From IMG/VR virus record IMGVR_UViG_3300049460_000121, positions 64,001 through 128,000 of that record: a stretch of 64,000 nucleotides of DNA; one strand, given 5' to 3'. This stretch comes from a virus (Duplodnaviria; Heunggongvirae; Uroviricota; Caudoviricetes). Every line of letters begins with the position of its first letter. Position 1 is the stretch's first letter. The position numbers and the translations under genes are program-made. Positions 9,764 through 19,309 of this stretch are shown in pieces. The notes beneath the pieces were generated by a model, which did not search any database, was not told where the DNA came from, and saw only the letters and a program-made list of their open reading frames with translations.

Positions 9764-10135
9764 TTAACTCTCCTGCTTGATATCAGCAATGGCATAGATC
9801 AGGGCACGGGGTGGATGTTGATCCAACTCGAGTTTGACTTTGAGTTTCATGTTGGTGCACGGGGATTCCCGCCGACCAGAGTAGACGGTACTCATTATGG
9901 CCAGGTGTTCGCGAGCGCGCATCTGTTCGTATTCATTGAGGTCGTCGTAGTTCTCGACATGGACTGGGATGGTGTCGCCTTTCATGAACGTCAACAGGCC
10001 TTCGGCGTAACCGACCATGAAACCCAGCTTATTGGCGGATTCTATCGGGTCAGCGTTGAGGTTCATTTCCATCTGTTCGTTGGTAGTGTCACGACCGGGA
10101 ACTTCTTTGCGAATGCACAGCACTGGGTGAGTCAT
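9764..10135 (-). CDS. Hypothetical protein
   Basis: AAGGA RBS. Confidence 0.65.
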   Translation of the reverse strand: MTHPVLCIRKEVPGRDTTNEQMEMNLNADPIESANKLGFMVGYAEGLLTFMKGDTIPVHVENYDDLNEYEQMRAREHLAIMSTVYSGRRESPCTNMKLKVKLELDQHPPRALIYAIADIKQES

Positions 10136-10189
10136 TGACTATTCCTTGAGAATTGGGGCATAAAGCCGGAGTTTCCTCCGGCTCTTGCG

Positions 10190-11710
10190 TTACACACTGA
10201 TCGGCGCTTGCTCAGTTCCATGGTACAGAACTTTTCCAGCGAAGGCGGCCAATTTTGCTTCGTGATAACGGACATGTTTATCGATCGAAGTACAGACGAA
10301 GTACAGGAATTGCGGGGTACAGTCTGGCCAGCCTTTCAGTCGCCGTGTCCGGCCAAGAGTTTGTTCGTTCGACTGCTGGGAGTTGATCGCCGTGGTCATC
10401 AGACCGATACGCAAGTTCTTGATATCTACAGCCGTACCGGCTGAGAGTACAGTACTGATGACGACATCGGATTCTTCAAACACGGACATCTTGTCGCCAG
10501 AGACATACCGACCGATGACCAGGTTCGGAAACTTCTTCTGGAGGTACTTCTGCACCAACGTACAGAACTTAACCGTACCACAGAAGACCAGCATCTTCTG
10601 ACCCTTCTCCATGACCTTGACGAACTTGTCGTCCACAGCCCAATGGATAAGATCCAGGTAGTTCTTGAGTTCCACCCGGTTCTTGGCTTGCATCATCGAG
10701 GCTTCGTACGCGGTGTGGTTGTAAGCCCCACCGAAACCTTTCCAACGCAGGTTCTTAGGCCGATTCAATTGGTACTTGATGGCAGTCACGTTGATGTACA
10801 CGTCGTAATAGTCGCCGTTAAAGCGCTCATTCCGAGGATACATCAACTCGTACATCTTGGTCATGAAGGCATCCATGGTATCCAGGGTTGCCGACAACGT
10901 GACGAACTTCGGGATGTGGGTGTAGCAAAACAGCTTCATTACCTGATGGGGGTTTTGATGCCCTTCGTCAAGTGCCGCCATCCCAATGTTCAGACGACTG
11001 AAGAACTCACCCGGCGCAATCGGATAGGTCTCCGTTACGCCGTGTTCCTCGAAGTCCTTGATGTACGCTGAATAGGTGTTGATGGAGATGAAGATAGCCG
11101 TGGCTCGATCCAACTCCCCATCAATTGCCATGTGCATGATGGCCGATAGCGATTTACCACCGCGTACCACCAGCAACTCACCAGCCTTAAAATGGAAAGA
11201 CTCTTCCATGTCAGGCGTCCATCGATCAATAAACCCACCCTTCATGAAGAAGCAAGACCGCAGCCCCAGTTGGTTCATGGAGTACTTCGTTAAGAAGGTC
11301 TTCCCTTTACCGGTCTGGAGTGTAACAATCTTATTGGTGCCCTCAGAGAGGATGTGATCGATGATCTTGGGTTGTGGATCCCTTGGCTCAGGGAGATCCT
11401 TAACTTTGAACTTAACCCTGTGCCGATCTTCCACGGCAAAGGAGTGTCTGTGGATCACGTACTCAGATTCGCGGATCTGGTTGTAGGAGACGTGGTCCAA
11501 GAACGGTTGAAGTGCGTTAATGTGTAAGCGATAGTAGTTCCGGCCGATGTCCGCCGATGCAAATACCTTCGCTGCCCGGTAGGACTTCACACCCTCCGTG
11601 ATCACCATTTCGAACTGAACCAACCCACGGCAGAAGGAATCAATCACCTTCTTGTGGATATGGCTAGGCTCTGTGATCATGAAGCAGTGACTATATACAT
11701 CGATCTTCAT
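10190..11710 (-). CDS. Superfamily 2 DNA helicase (phiKZ gp75-like)
   Basis: Walker A LQTGKGKT; DEGH; motif III SAT; motif VI QTLGRTRR. Confidence 0.92.
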   Translation of the reverse strand: MKIDVYSHCFMITEPSHIHKKVIDSFCRGLVQFEMVITEGVKSYRAAKVFASADIGRNYYRLHINALQPFLDHVSYNQIRESEYVIHRHSFAVEDRHRVKFKVKDLPEPRDPQPKIIDHILSEGTNKIVTLQTGKGKTFLTKYSMNQLGLRSCFFMKGGFIDRWTPDMEESFHFKAGELLVVRGGKSLSAIMHMAIDGELDRATAIFISINTYSAYIKDFEEHGVTETYPIAPGEFFSRLNIGMAALDEGHQNPHQVMKLFCYTHIPKFVTLSATLDTMDAFMTKMYELMYPRNERFNGDYYDVYINVTAIKYQLNRPKNLRWKGFGGAYNHTAYEASMMQAKNRVELKNYLDLIHWAVDDKFVKVMEKGQKMLVFCGTVKFCTLVQKYLQKKFPNLVIGRYVSGDKMSVFEESDVVISTVLSAGTAVDIKNLRIGLMTTAINSQQSNEQTLGRTRRLKGWPDCTPQFLYFVCTSIDKHVRYHEAKLAAFAGKVLYHGTEQAPISV

Positions 11711-11789
11711 CTATCATCCCTTTCACCTAACACCTGTAGGACCCCCTGACGCCACCAGAGGGAGAAGGCGGGTTACCCCGCCATACTAC

Positions 11790-13757
11790 CTACAGAGGTA
11801 AAATCAACGGGTCAAGCAGGTGCTGAGGCCGATCAGTGTTCAAGTACTGTCCAACTTTGGTCAACTGTTCAGCGCCGCCCTGGTATGCAAACAACGCACC
11901 CAGAGAGCCACCATTGATGACCTCGTCGTATTTAGCGAAGCGGATAGGCTGACCTACCTCTGGGATCTTGTAATGCCCAGTGCCGACGGCAGGCACCATA
12001 AGCGCCAACATAACAACTGCCAAATGTGTGAAATGAACATGTACCTTTGGCTGGATCAAACCGTGCAGGTCCAGGAGTGCTTCCACCGGGTCCGTATACT
12101 GCCGGAGTTGGCGGAGCTGACCCAGGTGTCGGGATGAGTCATCGTGGGTGGACCGGATAAACACTTCAACTTCTGCTGCGAAGTCTTTCATGCTGACGTG
12201 TTTGTTCGGCAGTTCAAAGACTGGTCGAGTGAAGTCCCAGTCACTCAGATCGATGTGGTACATCGCATCGTCCTGAATACTGAAGCCTTTCTTCAAGAAC
12301 CAACGCAGGAACTCATTGGTCAAGTACGACATCCGTGCACCACGGCTGACCGATACGTGATAACGCACTGGTCGCTTGGTGTTGGAAGGGATCTCGAAGC
12401 TAATATCCCGGAACTGGGAATGTTTCGCCGCAGACATGCCTTCCTGAACGTCGGCCTTCTTGAGGATAGGGAGTTTCGATGCACACGCTGCCCGAGCCTT
12501 TGGGGTGCTCCGCAACAACAACGTAATTCCCTTTTCCTTGAGACGCGGGTTGAGGATGATCTGGTTGAGTTCCTTGCCGGGGAGGATGTACTCCCGCTCA
12601 CCAGAGTTGATCTTGATCGCTTCGGAGACCGTGGAGGATTCCGAGTGCTTCACCTTCAGTACCCGTTGGGATACCTCGGACTGCGTCTTGGTGGACGCGA
12701 TGTGACCGATGTTGGCCCCGTACGGGACGTTATACGCCAGATCACCGTAGCACACGGAGCAGACGCAGTTCATGTGGCGGTGACGGCAGTTGAACGCCAG
12801 ACGGAACTCGAGCTTCTGATCGATCAGTTTCCGATCAGTCTGTTCCAGTGCCCGCAGTTTCCCAGACATGGGGTCTCGGAAGTACAAGCCCAACATCGAC
12901 TTGAACCGATCTGCCGTGACTTCGATCTCGGACAGGTAGTCGGCGCCGCAGTCACCCATCACCAACAGATCCACCCGCTGGGAGGTGAACTGGAGTTTAC
13001 GGTTGGCGTATTCCGTTTGTTCCAACGGAGCGCCCGTAAAGATGATCGACTTACCAGCCAGGGTCGATTCCATCATGGCTTCTGCCGGATCGTGGATCCC
13101 AGCAAAGTAGTTGCCCATGATTGGCGTCTTATAGATGAAGTCATCGATGTCGGTGTTTGCACCCCGTACGCCGATGATCTGGAGCAACTGCTCCATCTTC
13201 ATGATGCCACACCGCAGGTCACTGACCACCGGGTTGCGAGAGATCGACATGTCGTGGAGAAGGATATCCTCCAGCAACTTCTGACCTTTCGCAATCGATG
13301 CATCATTCTTCTTGATGCCTTCCCGCGCCTCTTTGATTGGAGGGTGATTGTAAAGCCGCAGATAGTGGAACGAGTTCACACTCCGAACGTATTCGGAGTA
13401 GTCCACGATCGCGGTGTTGAACAAACGCTCTTCGGCCTTGTAAATCCAGTACCAGAGTTCCTCACGGTTGTAATTACCCGTGCCGTAGATCTCCTGCATG
13501 TCGCGGGCTACCGCTGACAGAAGACCCTGGACCACCTTGTTAGGCATCGGTCCTTTCGGAATAACGTGGCGTTTCAACAGCGGAAGTTGGTTGTACTGCT
13601 CGTGCGGAAGCCAGAGCATTTTACTGACCTCCATCCGAGCCGTTGTCACAACCTCGTTGGTACCATCATCGAATTCCAGCATGAAGCGTTCGTTGTATTC
13701 GCATTTCCACATATCGCGTGGGGTATCGAAGAAATGGCGTACATGGAACTGACGCAT
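11790..13757 (-). CDS. Non-virion RNA polymerase beta' C-terminal subunit (phiKZ gp74-like)
   Basis: QIIGVRG; PLEQTEYANRKLQ bridge helix; GDCG; C..VCSVCYG Zn site; NIGHIAS...SQRVLKVKH trigger loop. Confidence 0.9.
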   Translation of the reverse strand: MRQFHVRHFFDTPRDMWKCEYNERFMLEFDDGTNEVVTTARMEVSKMLWLPHEQYNQLPLLKRHVIPKGPMPNKVVQGLLSAVARDMQEIYGTGNYNREELWYWIYKAEERLFNTAIVDYSEYVRSVNSFHYLRLYNHPPIKEAREGIKKNDASIAKGQKLLEDILLHDMSISRNPVVSDLRCGIMKMEQLLQIIGVRGANTDIDDFIYKTPIMGNYFAGIHDPAEAMMESTLAGKSIIFTGAPLEQTEYANRKLQFTSQRVDLLVMGDCGADYLSEIEVTADRFKSMLGLYFRDPMSGKLRALEQTDRKLIDQKLEFRLAFNCRHRHMNCVCSVCYGDLAYNVPYGANIGHIASTKTQSEVSQRVLKVKHSESSTVSEAIKINSGEREYILPGKELNQIILNPRLKEKGITLLLRSTPKARAACASKLPILKKADVQEGMSAAKHSQFRDISFEIPSNTKRPVRYHVSVSRGARMSYLTNEFLRWFLKKGFSIQDDAMYHIDLSDWDFTRPVFELPNKHVSMKDFAAEVEVFIRSTHDDSSRHLGQLRQLRQYTDPVEALLDLHGLIQPKVHVHFTHLAVVMLALMVPAVGTGHYKIPEVGQPIRFAKYDEVINGGSLGALFAYQGGAEQLTKVGQYLNTDRPQHLLDPLILPL

Positions 13758-13788
13758 TCGGTAACTCCTTGGTGAATGGTACTCCCGC

Positions 13789-15972
13789 TTAGTCGCGGGA
13801 GATGTTCTTGCCGGAAACGATCAACTGGTGGATAGCAAACGCCAGAGGGCGATGTCCACCCAACTTGAACTTCTCGCGGTCGATGACACGTTCGATGTTA
13901 GTTGGCTGTTCAGCCGTGAGGATGTTGTAGCAAACCTCTTTGTGGGCAGTTGGGTTGTTGTTCAGGTCCATGATGTCGGCGATTACTTCCGCCCCCATTG
14001 CATGAGCCATGTTCCGGACAGTGGATTCGTCCATAGACCGGGTTACGGTCTGACGGCCAGGCGACGAGTACTTGTCCTGGTTGGTAAGACGGGCAGTAGT
14101 GCCGAAGTGGCTGGTCTTGGAGGAACTGACACCCGACCAGTCGGTCGCAGTCTTTTCCAGGATCAGGTAGTAGTTCGGACCGATCAGGATTGGCTCCTTG
14201 GTCGTTACCATCTTCCCACTATGGTCACGGTAGGTAACGCAGGTGATCTCTGGCGCGTACGGTCCATTCTCCAGCTGTTCCAGTACCTTGTCCATATGGA
14301 CGCCGGACGTAGATGGCAGGTTGAAGTAAGTACCCCACGGCTCGTCACCGTCTTTGATAACCTGAGCCAAGTGACGCAACCAGCGCTCGGTAGTCTTGAC
14401 GTGTGGCTTGGACAACGCCTTGAAGTTCTCGTTCGGTGCTACGATCTTGTACCAACCCATCAGGTACTCGAACCGTTCATCCGCAATGTCGCGGTTGGCT
14501 GGGTCAAACACCACGTCGTTGATCTCATCCATGGAAATGTATCCCATGTCTGGCAGATCGAATACACGACGGATACGCTTGATCACGTCCCGACCTGCCG
14601 CACCTACCATTTGTTCGTGGATCAGCCCTGGGTTCATCCGGTTACCGACTGATGTGCAGAGCGCCATTACCTCAGAGCGGTTGCCATTCTGGTCGATTGG
14701 CATGTCAGCATCAGGACGCACTTCACCGGACACCCCCTTGTTACCGTGCATGCCGGTACCTTTGGAGCCTTCCTTTACCTGAGCCAGGTATTCGTACGTT
14801 ACTTCAACACGATACTCGTCGAGCGTCTCGCCACGATAACGGCGGTTGACTTCCAGAGCAGCGGTTTGACCTTCATACGGCCACAGGCCTTCATCCAACA
14901 GATCTTTACCGCAGAAAGCGAATGCTTCGTACAACAAGGCATTCAAACGCATCGACAAGTTAGGACGGGCTGTCATGTACTTGCCGGAACGTTTCAGCGA
15001 GGTCTTGATGATTTCCATGTAGTAACGTTTGTCAGCCTGATAGTACCGGTCGAGTTGTTTCACCAACTCTTCTGGCAAGCGACGATCGCGTACCGACTCG
15101 TTGCGCACTACCTTGATGTCAACTACCACCGCATCAGGCACGCCATACACTGGCGTATCCATCCCGTACACCGGCTTCAACAGCTTCTTCGCCGACATGT
15201 ACACAGCGTCCAGGATCGGATCGTATGGACGCATGGCACACAGCAGGCCATTGGAATGGATCTTATCGCCTACATCTGGCAAGACCTTACATTCAGTGGT
15301 GGTGCCGTAGGCGTTGATCGGATAGTGAGTCCGGCCAAAGCCAAAGGTCCGACTTTCATAGCCAGTGGTCTGAATACGCTTGGCGTACGATTCGCTATAT
15401 ACCAGCGCATCTTCAGTTACCGCTGGATCAGTGATCAGGATGACGTTGGTTTCCAACCCTGGCATGTAGTCACCGTCTTCGGTGACGTTAGGACTTCGCA
15501 TCAGGATTGTGCCGGCTTCGAACGTTGGCTTGTTCGTGTTCCGCAACTTGTCCATCAGGTCTTCGTTTTCAACATAACGGAAACCATAGTGCTGGTGCAT
15601 TACGTGGAACTTCGACAACTCCAGCACGTCCAGTTGGCCGGATTCGTAGTTCTCAAAGATAACGATGTCCAACGGGTTGATTTTGAACTCCCCGTGGATA
15701 CCGTCATTCTTAAATCGGGGGATGACCGCCAATACCATCGCATCCACATCGAACTGGTGGCGGAAGGTGGCTTTGGCCAGTTCTTTCTCCAGCGCTGAAC
15801 GCTGACGTTTACGGGTACGTCCTACCACGGACAATTCTTGCGTGCGGTTACCGGTGTACATCACCTGCCGTGCTGCGGACACGTAAGGGAAGTACGGGTT
15901 AGAGCCGCTCACCGGGACCATCTCAATCGGGATTTCTTTCGGCGGCAACATCTCTTGTGACGAGTCCATCAC
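13789..15972 (-). CDS. Non-virion RNA polymerase beta C-terminal subunit (phiKZ gp71-73-like, intron-free)
   Basis: SAARQVM; TEDALVYSES; KGTGMHGNKGV; RMNPG; IGPNYYLILEK. Confidence 0.93.
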   Translation of the reverse strand: MMDSSQEMLPPKEIPIEMVPVSGSNPYFPYVSAARQVMYTGNRTQELSVVGRTRKRQRSALEKELAKATFRHQFDVDAMVLAVIPRFKNDGIHGEFKINPLDIVIFENYESGQLDVLELSKFHVMHQHYGFRYVENEDLMDKLRNTNKPTFEAGTILMRSPNVTEDGDYMPGLETNVILITDPAVTEDALVYSESYAKRIQTTGYESRTFGFGRTHYPINAYGTTTECKVLPDVGDKIHSNGLLCAMRPYDPILDAVYMSAKKLLKPVYGMDTPVYGVPDAVVVDIKVVRNESVRDRRLPEELVKQLDRYYQADKRYYMEIIKTSLKRSGKYMTARPNLSMRLNALLYEAFAFCGKDLLDEGLWPYEGQTAALEVNRRYRGETLDEYRVEVTYEYLAQVKEGSKGTGMHGNKGVSGEVRPDADMPIDQNGNRSEVMALCTSVGNRMNPGLIHEQMVGAAGRDVIKRIRRVFDLPDMGYISMDEINDVVFDPANRDIADERFEYLMGWYKIVAPNENFKALSKPHVKTTERWLRHLAQVIKDGDEPWGTYFNLPSTSGVHMDKVLEQLENGPYAPEITCVTYRDHSGKMVTTKEPILIGPNYYLILEKTATDWSGVSSSKTSHFGTTARLTNQDKYSSPGRQTVTRSMDESTVRNMAHAMGAEVIADIMDLNNNPTAHKEVCYNILTAEQPTNIERVIDREKFKLGGHRPLAFAIHQLIVSGKNISRD

Positions 15973-16007
15973 TATCTCCTACTGCTTTAGTGAATGAGGT
16001 TCAATCT

Positions 16008-16030
16008 GATAATGTATGTCTGCAATTTAA
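16008..16030 (-). promoter_or_regulatory. Putative phage promoter (AT-rich box plus TACATTAT) for the nvRNAP beta gene
   Basis: Minus strand reads TTAAATTGCAGACATACATTATC; motif recurs upstream of several genes. Confidence 0.65.
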
Positions 16031-16040
16031 AGGAGTATTC

Positions 16041-16376
16041 ATGGCCAGTACGTTAGATAACGCAATGATCACAGTCCCGTCGGAATATACCCTGTCGGAC
16101 GAGTACAAGGCGTTCGTGGAATCCATCATCCCCACACTGAGGAATGAGCCGTCCACAAACCTCTTGACGGTGCCAGTGGAAACGGGCTACTTGTTCCGTT
16201 ACGACCTGACATCCTTCTTACTCGATCAAAAAGTAGCCATTGAAGACCATCTGGTGATCATCCGGCTGAATGACCTTAACGGCCCTCAAGACTTCGACGA
16301 ACACACCACCAAACTATTGATCCCGGATCAGCAGTTTCTTGGTCAGCTCAAACAAGTCTATCGCACCCGTATTTAG
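16041..16376 (+). CDS. Small LysM-like / T4 gp53-like baseplate wedge protein
   Basis: AAGGAG RBS; FRYDL..FL...HLVIIRLNDLNGPQDF...LLIPD pattern. Confidence 0.55.
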   Translation: MASTLDNAMITVPSEYTLSDEYKAFVESIIPTLRNEPSTNLLTVPVETGYLFRYDLTSFLLDQKVAIEDHLVIIRLNDLNGPQDFDEHTTKLLIPDQQFLGQLKQVYRTRI

Positions 16377-16377
16377 A

Positions 16378-16426
16378 CAAAAGAAAAGTGGATAGAGGAG
16401 GGTTTGACCCCTCCTCTATTTATGCC
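16378..16426 (-). terminator. Hairpin plus U-tract terminator
   Basis: aaaagaaaag..atagaggaggg-tttga-cccctcctctat ttatgc. Confidence 0.7.
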
Positions 16427-16435
16427 GCTACCTGA

Positions 16436-17719
16436 TTACCAGGAACGGCCAGTTCCACGACGGCTGGTGTAACGGCTATTACGGCCGGTATCCCGCCCAC
16501 CACGGCGACCTTCGTCACGACGGCCACGGCCGCTGTCACGATCATCGTCACGGTCCCGGCCAGAACGGCCCAGGATTTCTGCCAGAGAACGACCGCCGCT
16601 GTCATCACGCTCTTCGTCACGGCTGCCACGATCACGCTCACGATCGCGGTCACGCTCTTCCGGTTCTTCACGACGGCTATCACGCCAGTTACGCTCGCGA
16701 GTACCTTCGTCACGACGGTTGCGTTCACGATCACGCTCGTCGCTGTTGCGGCGAGGACGATCTTCTTCCACCAGGCCCAGGTCATCACCACCCAGTTCCA
16801 GCGCTTCCTTCTTCACCGCTTCATCACGCTCTTTGCCACGGTTACCCGGAAGAACCGGGATAGCACGGCCATGGGTCGCTGCGAAGTTGGTGAAGTCCAC
16901 CAGTTGCTCAGTCCATGCCAGTTCAAACCGCAGACCGGACAGGCTGGAGACAGCTGGGGAGTGACGGTCAATCAACTTGTTCAGGTGAGTGGCCATTGCG
17001 TGGAACGACAGCAGCAACGAATGGAAGTATGGCGCCTCGCCGTCACTGGACGACTTGGTGAATGCCTTACGCTCTTCTTCGTTACCCAGGACGTATTCCA
17101 GCAGGTTGACGATCAGGTGCTTGTCCTTGGTCTTGCGAGCCATCTTCACGCCGAAGAACGTCGTGGTGTCTTCAGCACCAGCATCGTCCATGATCGGGAA
17201 GCTAACCACGCAGCTGCGCAGAGCACCGCCTTCGCCACCGTTCTTGAGGAACAGCGAAACCAGACGTTTCTCAGGAGCAGTACCCAGGGCATTGATTACC
17301 CGGACCAGAGTGTCCAGCGTCTTTTGGTCAGCTTCGACCAGCAGTTGCAGGAACTTCGCCGCATCAGCCTTCAGGCCTTTGTGACGTTTCTGGTCAATGG
17401 CCAATTCCATCAGACCGATGATGACTGCCTTGAAGGTTTCTTTCAGACGCAGCTGAACGTATTCCTTGTAGGCATTCAGGACAGGGCTTGGACCCTGGCT
17501 GATCTGCTCGGCCAACGGAGCGAACGCAATACGCCGTTCCCACTGACCGTCTTCCAGAATGGCAGCGGTTGGCAGGCAGAGACGTTTTGGGCCGATCGTT
17601 ACGGGTTTGGCGATGTCATCTGCCAGATACGACAGGAAACCTTCACCACTGGCGTCGAATACACCAACGTCTTTCAAGACATTGGCTTCGAACTCCAATA
17701 CAACTTCTTTCTTTGACAT
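16436..17719 (-). CDS. Conserved core protein (phiKZ gp70 position) with a ~110-aa Arg/Asp/Glu/Gly-rich C-terminal tail
   Basis: AGGAG RBS; synteny; low-complexity tail ending in W. Confidence 0.75.
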   Translation of the reverse strand: MSKKEVVLEFEANVLKDVGVFDASGEGFLSYLADDIAKPVTIGPKRLCLPTAAILEDGQWERRIAFAPLAEQISQGPSPVLNAYKEYVQLRLKETFKAVIIGLMELAIDQKRHKGLKADAAKFLQLLVEADQKTLDTLVRVINALGTAPEKRLVSLFLKNGGEGGALRSCVVSFPIMDDAGAEDTTTFFGVKMARKTKDKHLIVNLLEYVLGNEEERKAFTKSSSDGEAPYFHSLLLSFHAMATHLNKLIDRHSPAVSSLSGLRFELAWTEQLVDFTNFAATHGRAIPVLPGNRGKERDEAVKKEALELGGDDLGLVEEDRPRRNSDERDRERNRRDEGTRERNWRDSRREEPEERDRDRERDRGSRDEERDDSGGRSLAEILGRSGRDRDDDRDSGRGRRDEGRRGGRDTGRNSRYTSRRGTGRSW

Positions 17720-17735
17720 GGGGTATAGCTCCTAA

Positions 17736-19298
17736 TTACCAGACTGGCCGGCCGTCACGACGTCCGCGCGAATCGCGGCTGTCACGGGCGTCCGACACAT
17801 CTGTGCTGAGACTGATGCCGCGGTTGATGTCGACATGGGACGGGGTGGAATCATCACGGGCGTGACGAACACCTTCGGCCAACTTGACGATCTCATCGGA
17901 CAACAGGTCGACGGTTTGGATAGTGTTGCTGAGGGTTGGGGCTACCAACGAGTCAGCGGCGCTGAAGAATGGGAAGTAATGCTCCTCACCCCCGTCAAGA
18001 CTGATCCAGATTTCGATATCCTGGTCAATGTTGGCGTTGATGGTGCAGTCAATATCCATCATGCCACCGTGGCTGATAGCTTGCAGGATGACCGACTCAA
18101 CCGTGGATTCGAAATACTCCAAGGTAGAGGTGGCTTCCAGTCCCTGTACAAACGGCGTGCAGCGCCCAGCCAGTACCCGAGGCTCGCCCATGCGGGCACG
18201 AGTGTTCAGGATGAGGTTGTCAACCTTCGAGTACATGGCGTTGATCATCACCACCGGAAGGCTCTGGGCAATGATGGTAGCTGCCAGGCATTCAGGGGAG
18301 TCCGAGTTCCAGCTACGCGCTTCGGACAGGTTGATGGAGGACTTCCGCATTTCGTACGGCGTGAACGGCATCTGTTCATCTTCATTGAACTCAGGATTCA
18401 TGTCCATGAGCTCGCCAAAGGTGATGTAGCCAGAGTCCATGATGCCGCTGACGCGACGCAACTCTTCCAGGTACGGATCCACGTCCAGGCAGTTCTCAGG
18501 TGCCAGGTCGGAGGCCGAGGCCATGATCAGATCGTCATCTTCACGATCAAGATCGCTACTGCCACGGGCCGAGGTTGCACGGGAGTGTGCGGTCAGGGCA
18601 CGAGACAGGAAGCGGGATGGGTCATTGTTCTCACGGGTCGATGCCCGCAGCTGAGAGCTAAAGGAACCAGTGGTGTTCGTACCGATAGAACCGGACGACC
18701 GCAGATGGCTACCGAATGCAGACTCGGAACCTTTGCGGTTGAACAGATCCATTGGACGCAGGGTCACTGGGGTCAGGTCAGTGCGACGACGCTCGCCATT
18801 AATAGCCGAACGGTTGAGGATCTGGTCATGCGCCTTGATAGACGGCTGCCAGATCTGACTGCCGCCACGGTAAGTGGCTGCTGACATGTGGACGCGAGTG
18901 ATCGAGTTGAAATACATCTTCATCTCAGGATCGAACTTCGCCCGGCCGGACAACTGGCTGTAGCCGGAGTGGTCGGTGTAGCCAACGATGTATTCGTAAT
19001 GGCTGGAGGTACGGCTGGTTTGAATCTCAACCACCATCGCAAACATCAGACGGCGCTCGCCCCAACCACCATCGATCTTTGAATCCATCTTGAAATCGAT
19101 GGACGGAACGATCATGCCTTCGCTTGCAGAGATTGCACTGGCCAGACGCTCGGCGGTAACACTACGACCATCATCGGTCAGGTTAACCACGCGGTCGATG
19201 TCTGACTGGGTGAAGTCGGTGTCGAAGGGACGAATCACGCCCTGCGCGGCACCATTGGTCTCCACCACACTCAATTTCAACAGTTTCATGTTTCCCAC
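17736..19298 (-). CDS. picA: Probable nuclear protein import factor PicA/Imp1 (phiKZ gp69 position)
   Basis: Lies immediately after the gp68-like gene; ~520 aa; GWGERRL.F, GYTD, YFNSI and LRP.D motifs. Mainly a synteny call. Confidence 0.7.
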   Translation of the reverse strand: MGNMKLLKLSVVETNGAAQGVIRPFDTDFTQSDIDRVVNLTDDGRSVTAERLASAISASEGMIVPSIDFKMDSKIDGGWGERRLMFAMVVEIQTSRTSSHYEYIVGYTDHSGYSQLSGRAKFDPEMKMYFNSITRVHMSAATYRGGSQIWQPSIKAHDQILNRSAINGERRRTDLTPVTLRPMDLFNRKGSESAFGSHLRSSGSIGTNTTGSFSSQLRASTRENNDPSRFLSRALTAHSRATSARGSSDLDREDDDLIMASASDLAPENCLDVDPYLEELRRVSGIMDSGYITFGELMDMNPEFNEDEQMPFTPYEMRKSSINLSEARSWNSDSPECLAATIIAQSLPVVMINAMYSKVDNLILNTRARMGEPRVLAGRCTPFVQGLEATSTLEYFESTVESVILQAISHGGMMDIDCTINANIDQDIEIWISLDGGEEHYFPFFSAADSLVAPTLSNTIQTVDLLSDEIVKLAEGVRHARDDSTPSHVDINRGISLSTDVSDARDSRDSRGRRDGRPVW

Positions 19299-19309
19299 TC
19301 CTTACTTAA

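Noticed and set aside
16480-16760. Repetitive tcacg/cgtcacg DNA that could suggest a tandem repeat or CRISPR-like array
   Set aside because: Irregular, with no constant repeat-spacer period. Explained by CGT/GAC/GAT codons of the RD-rich protein tail.
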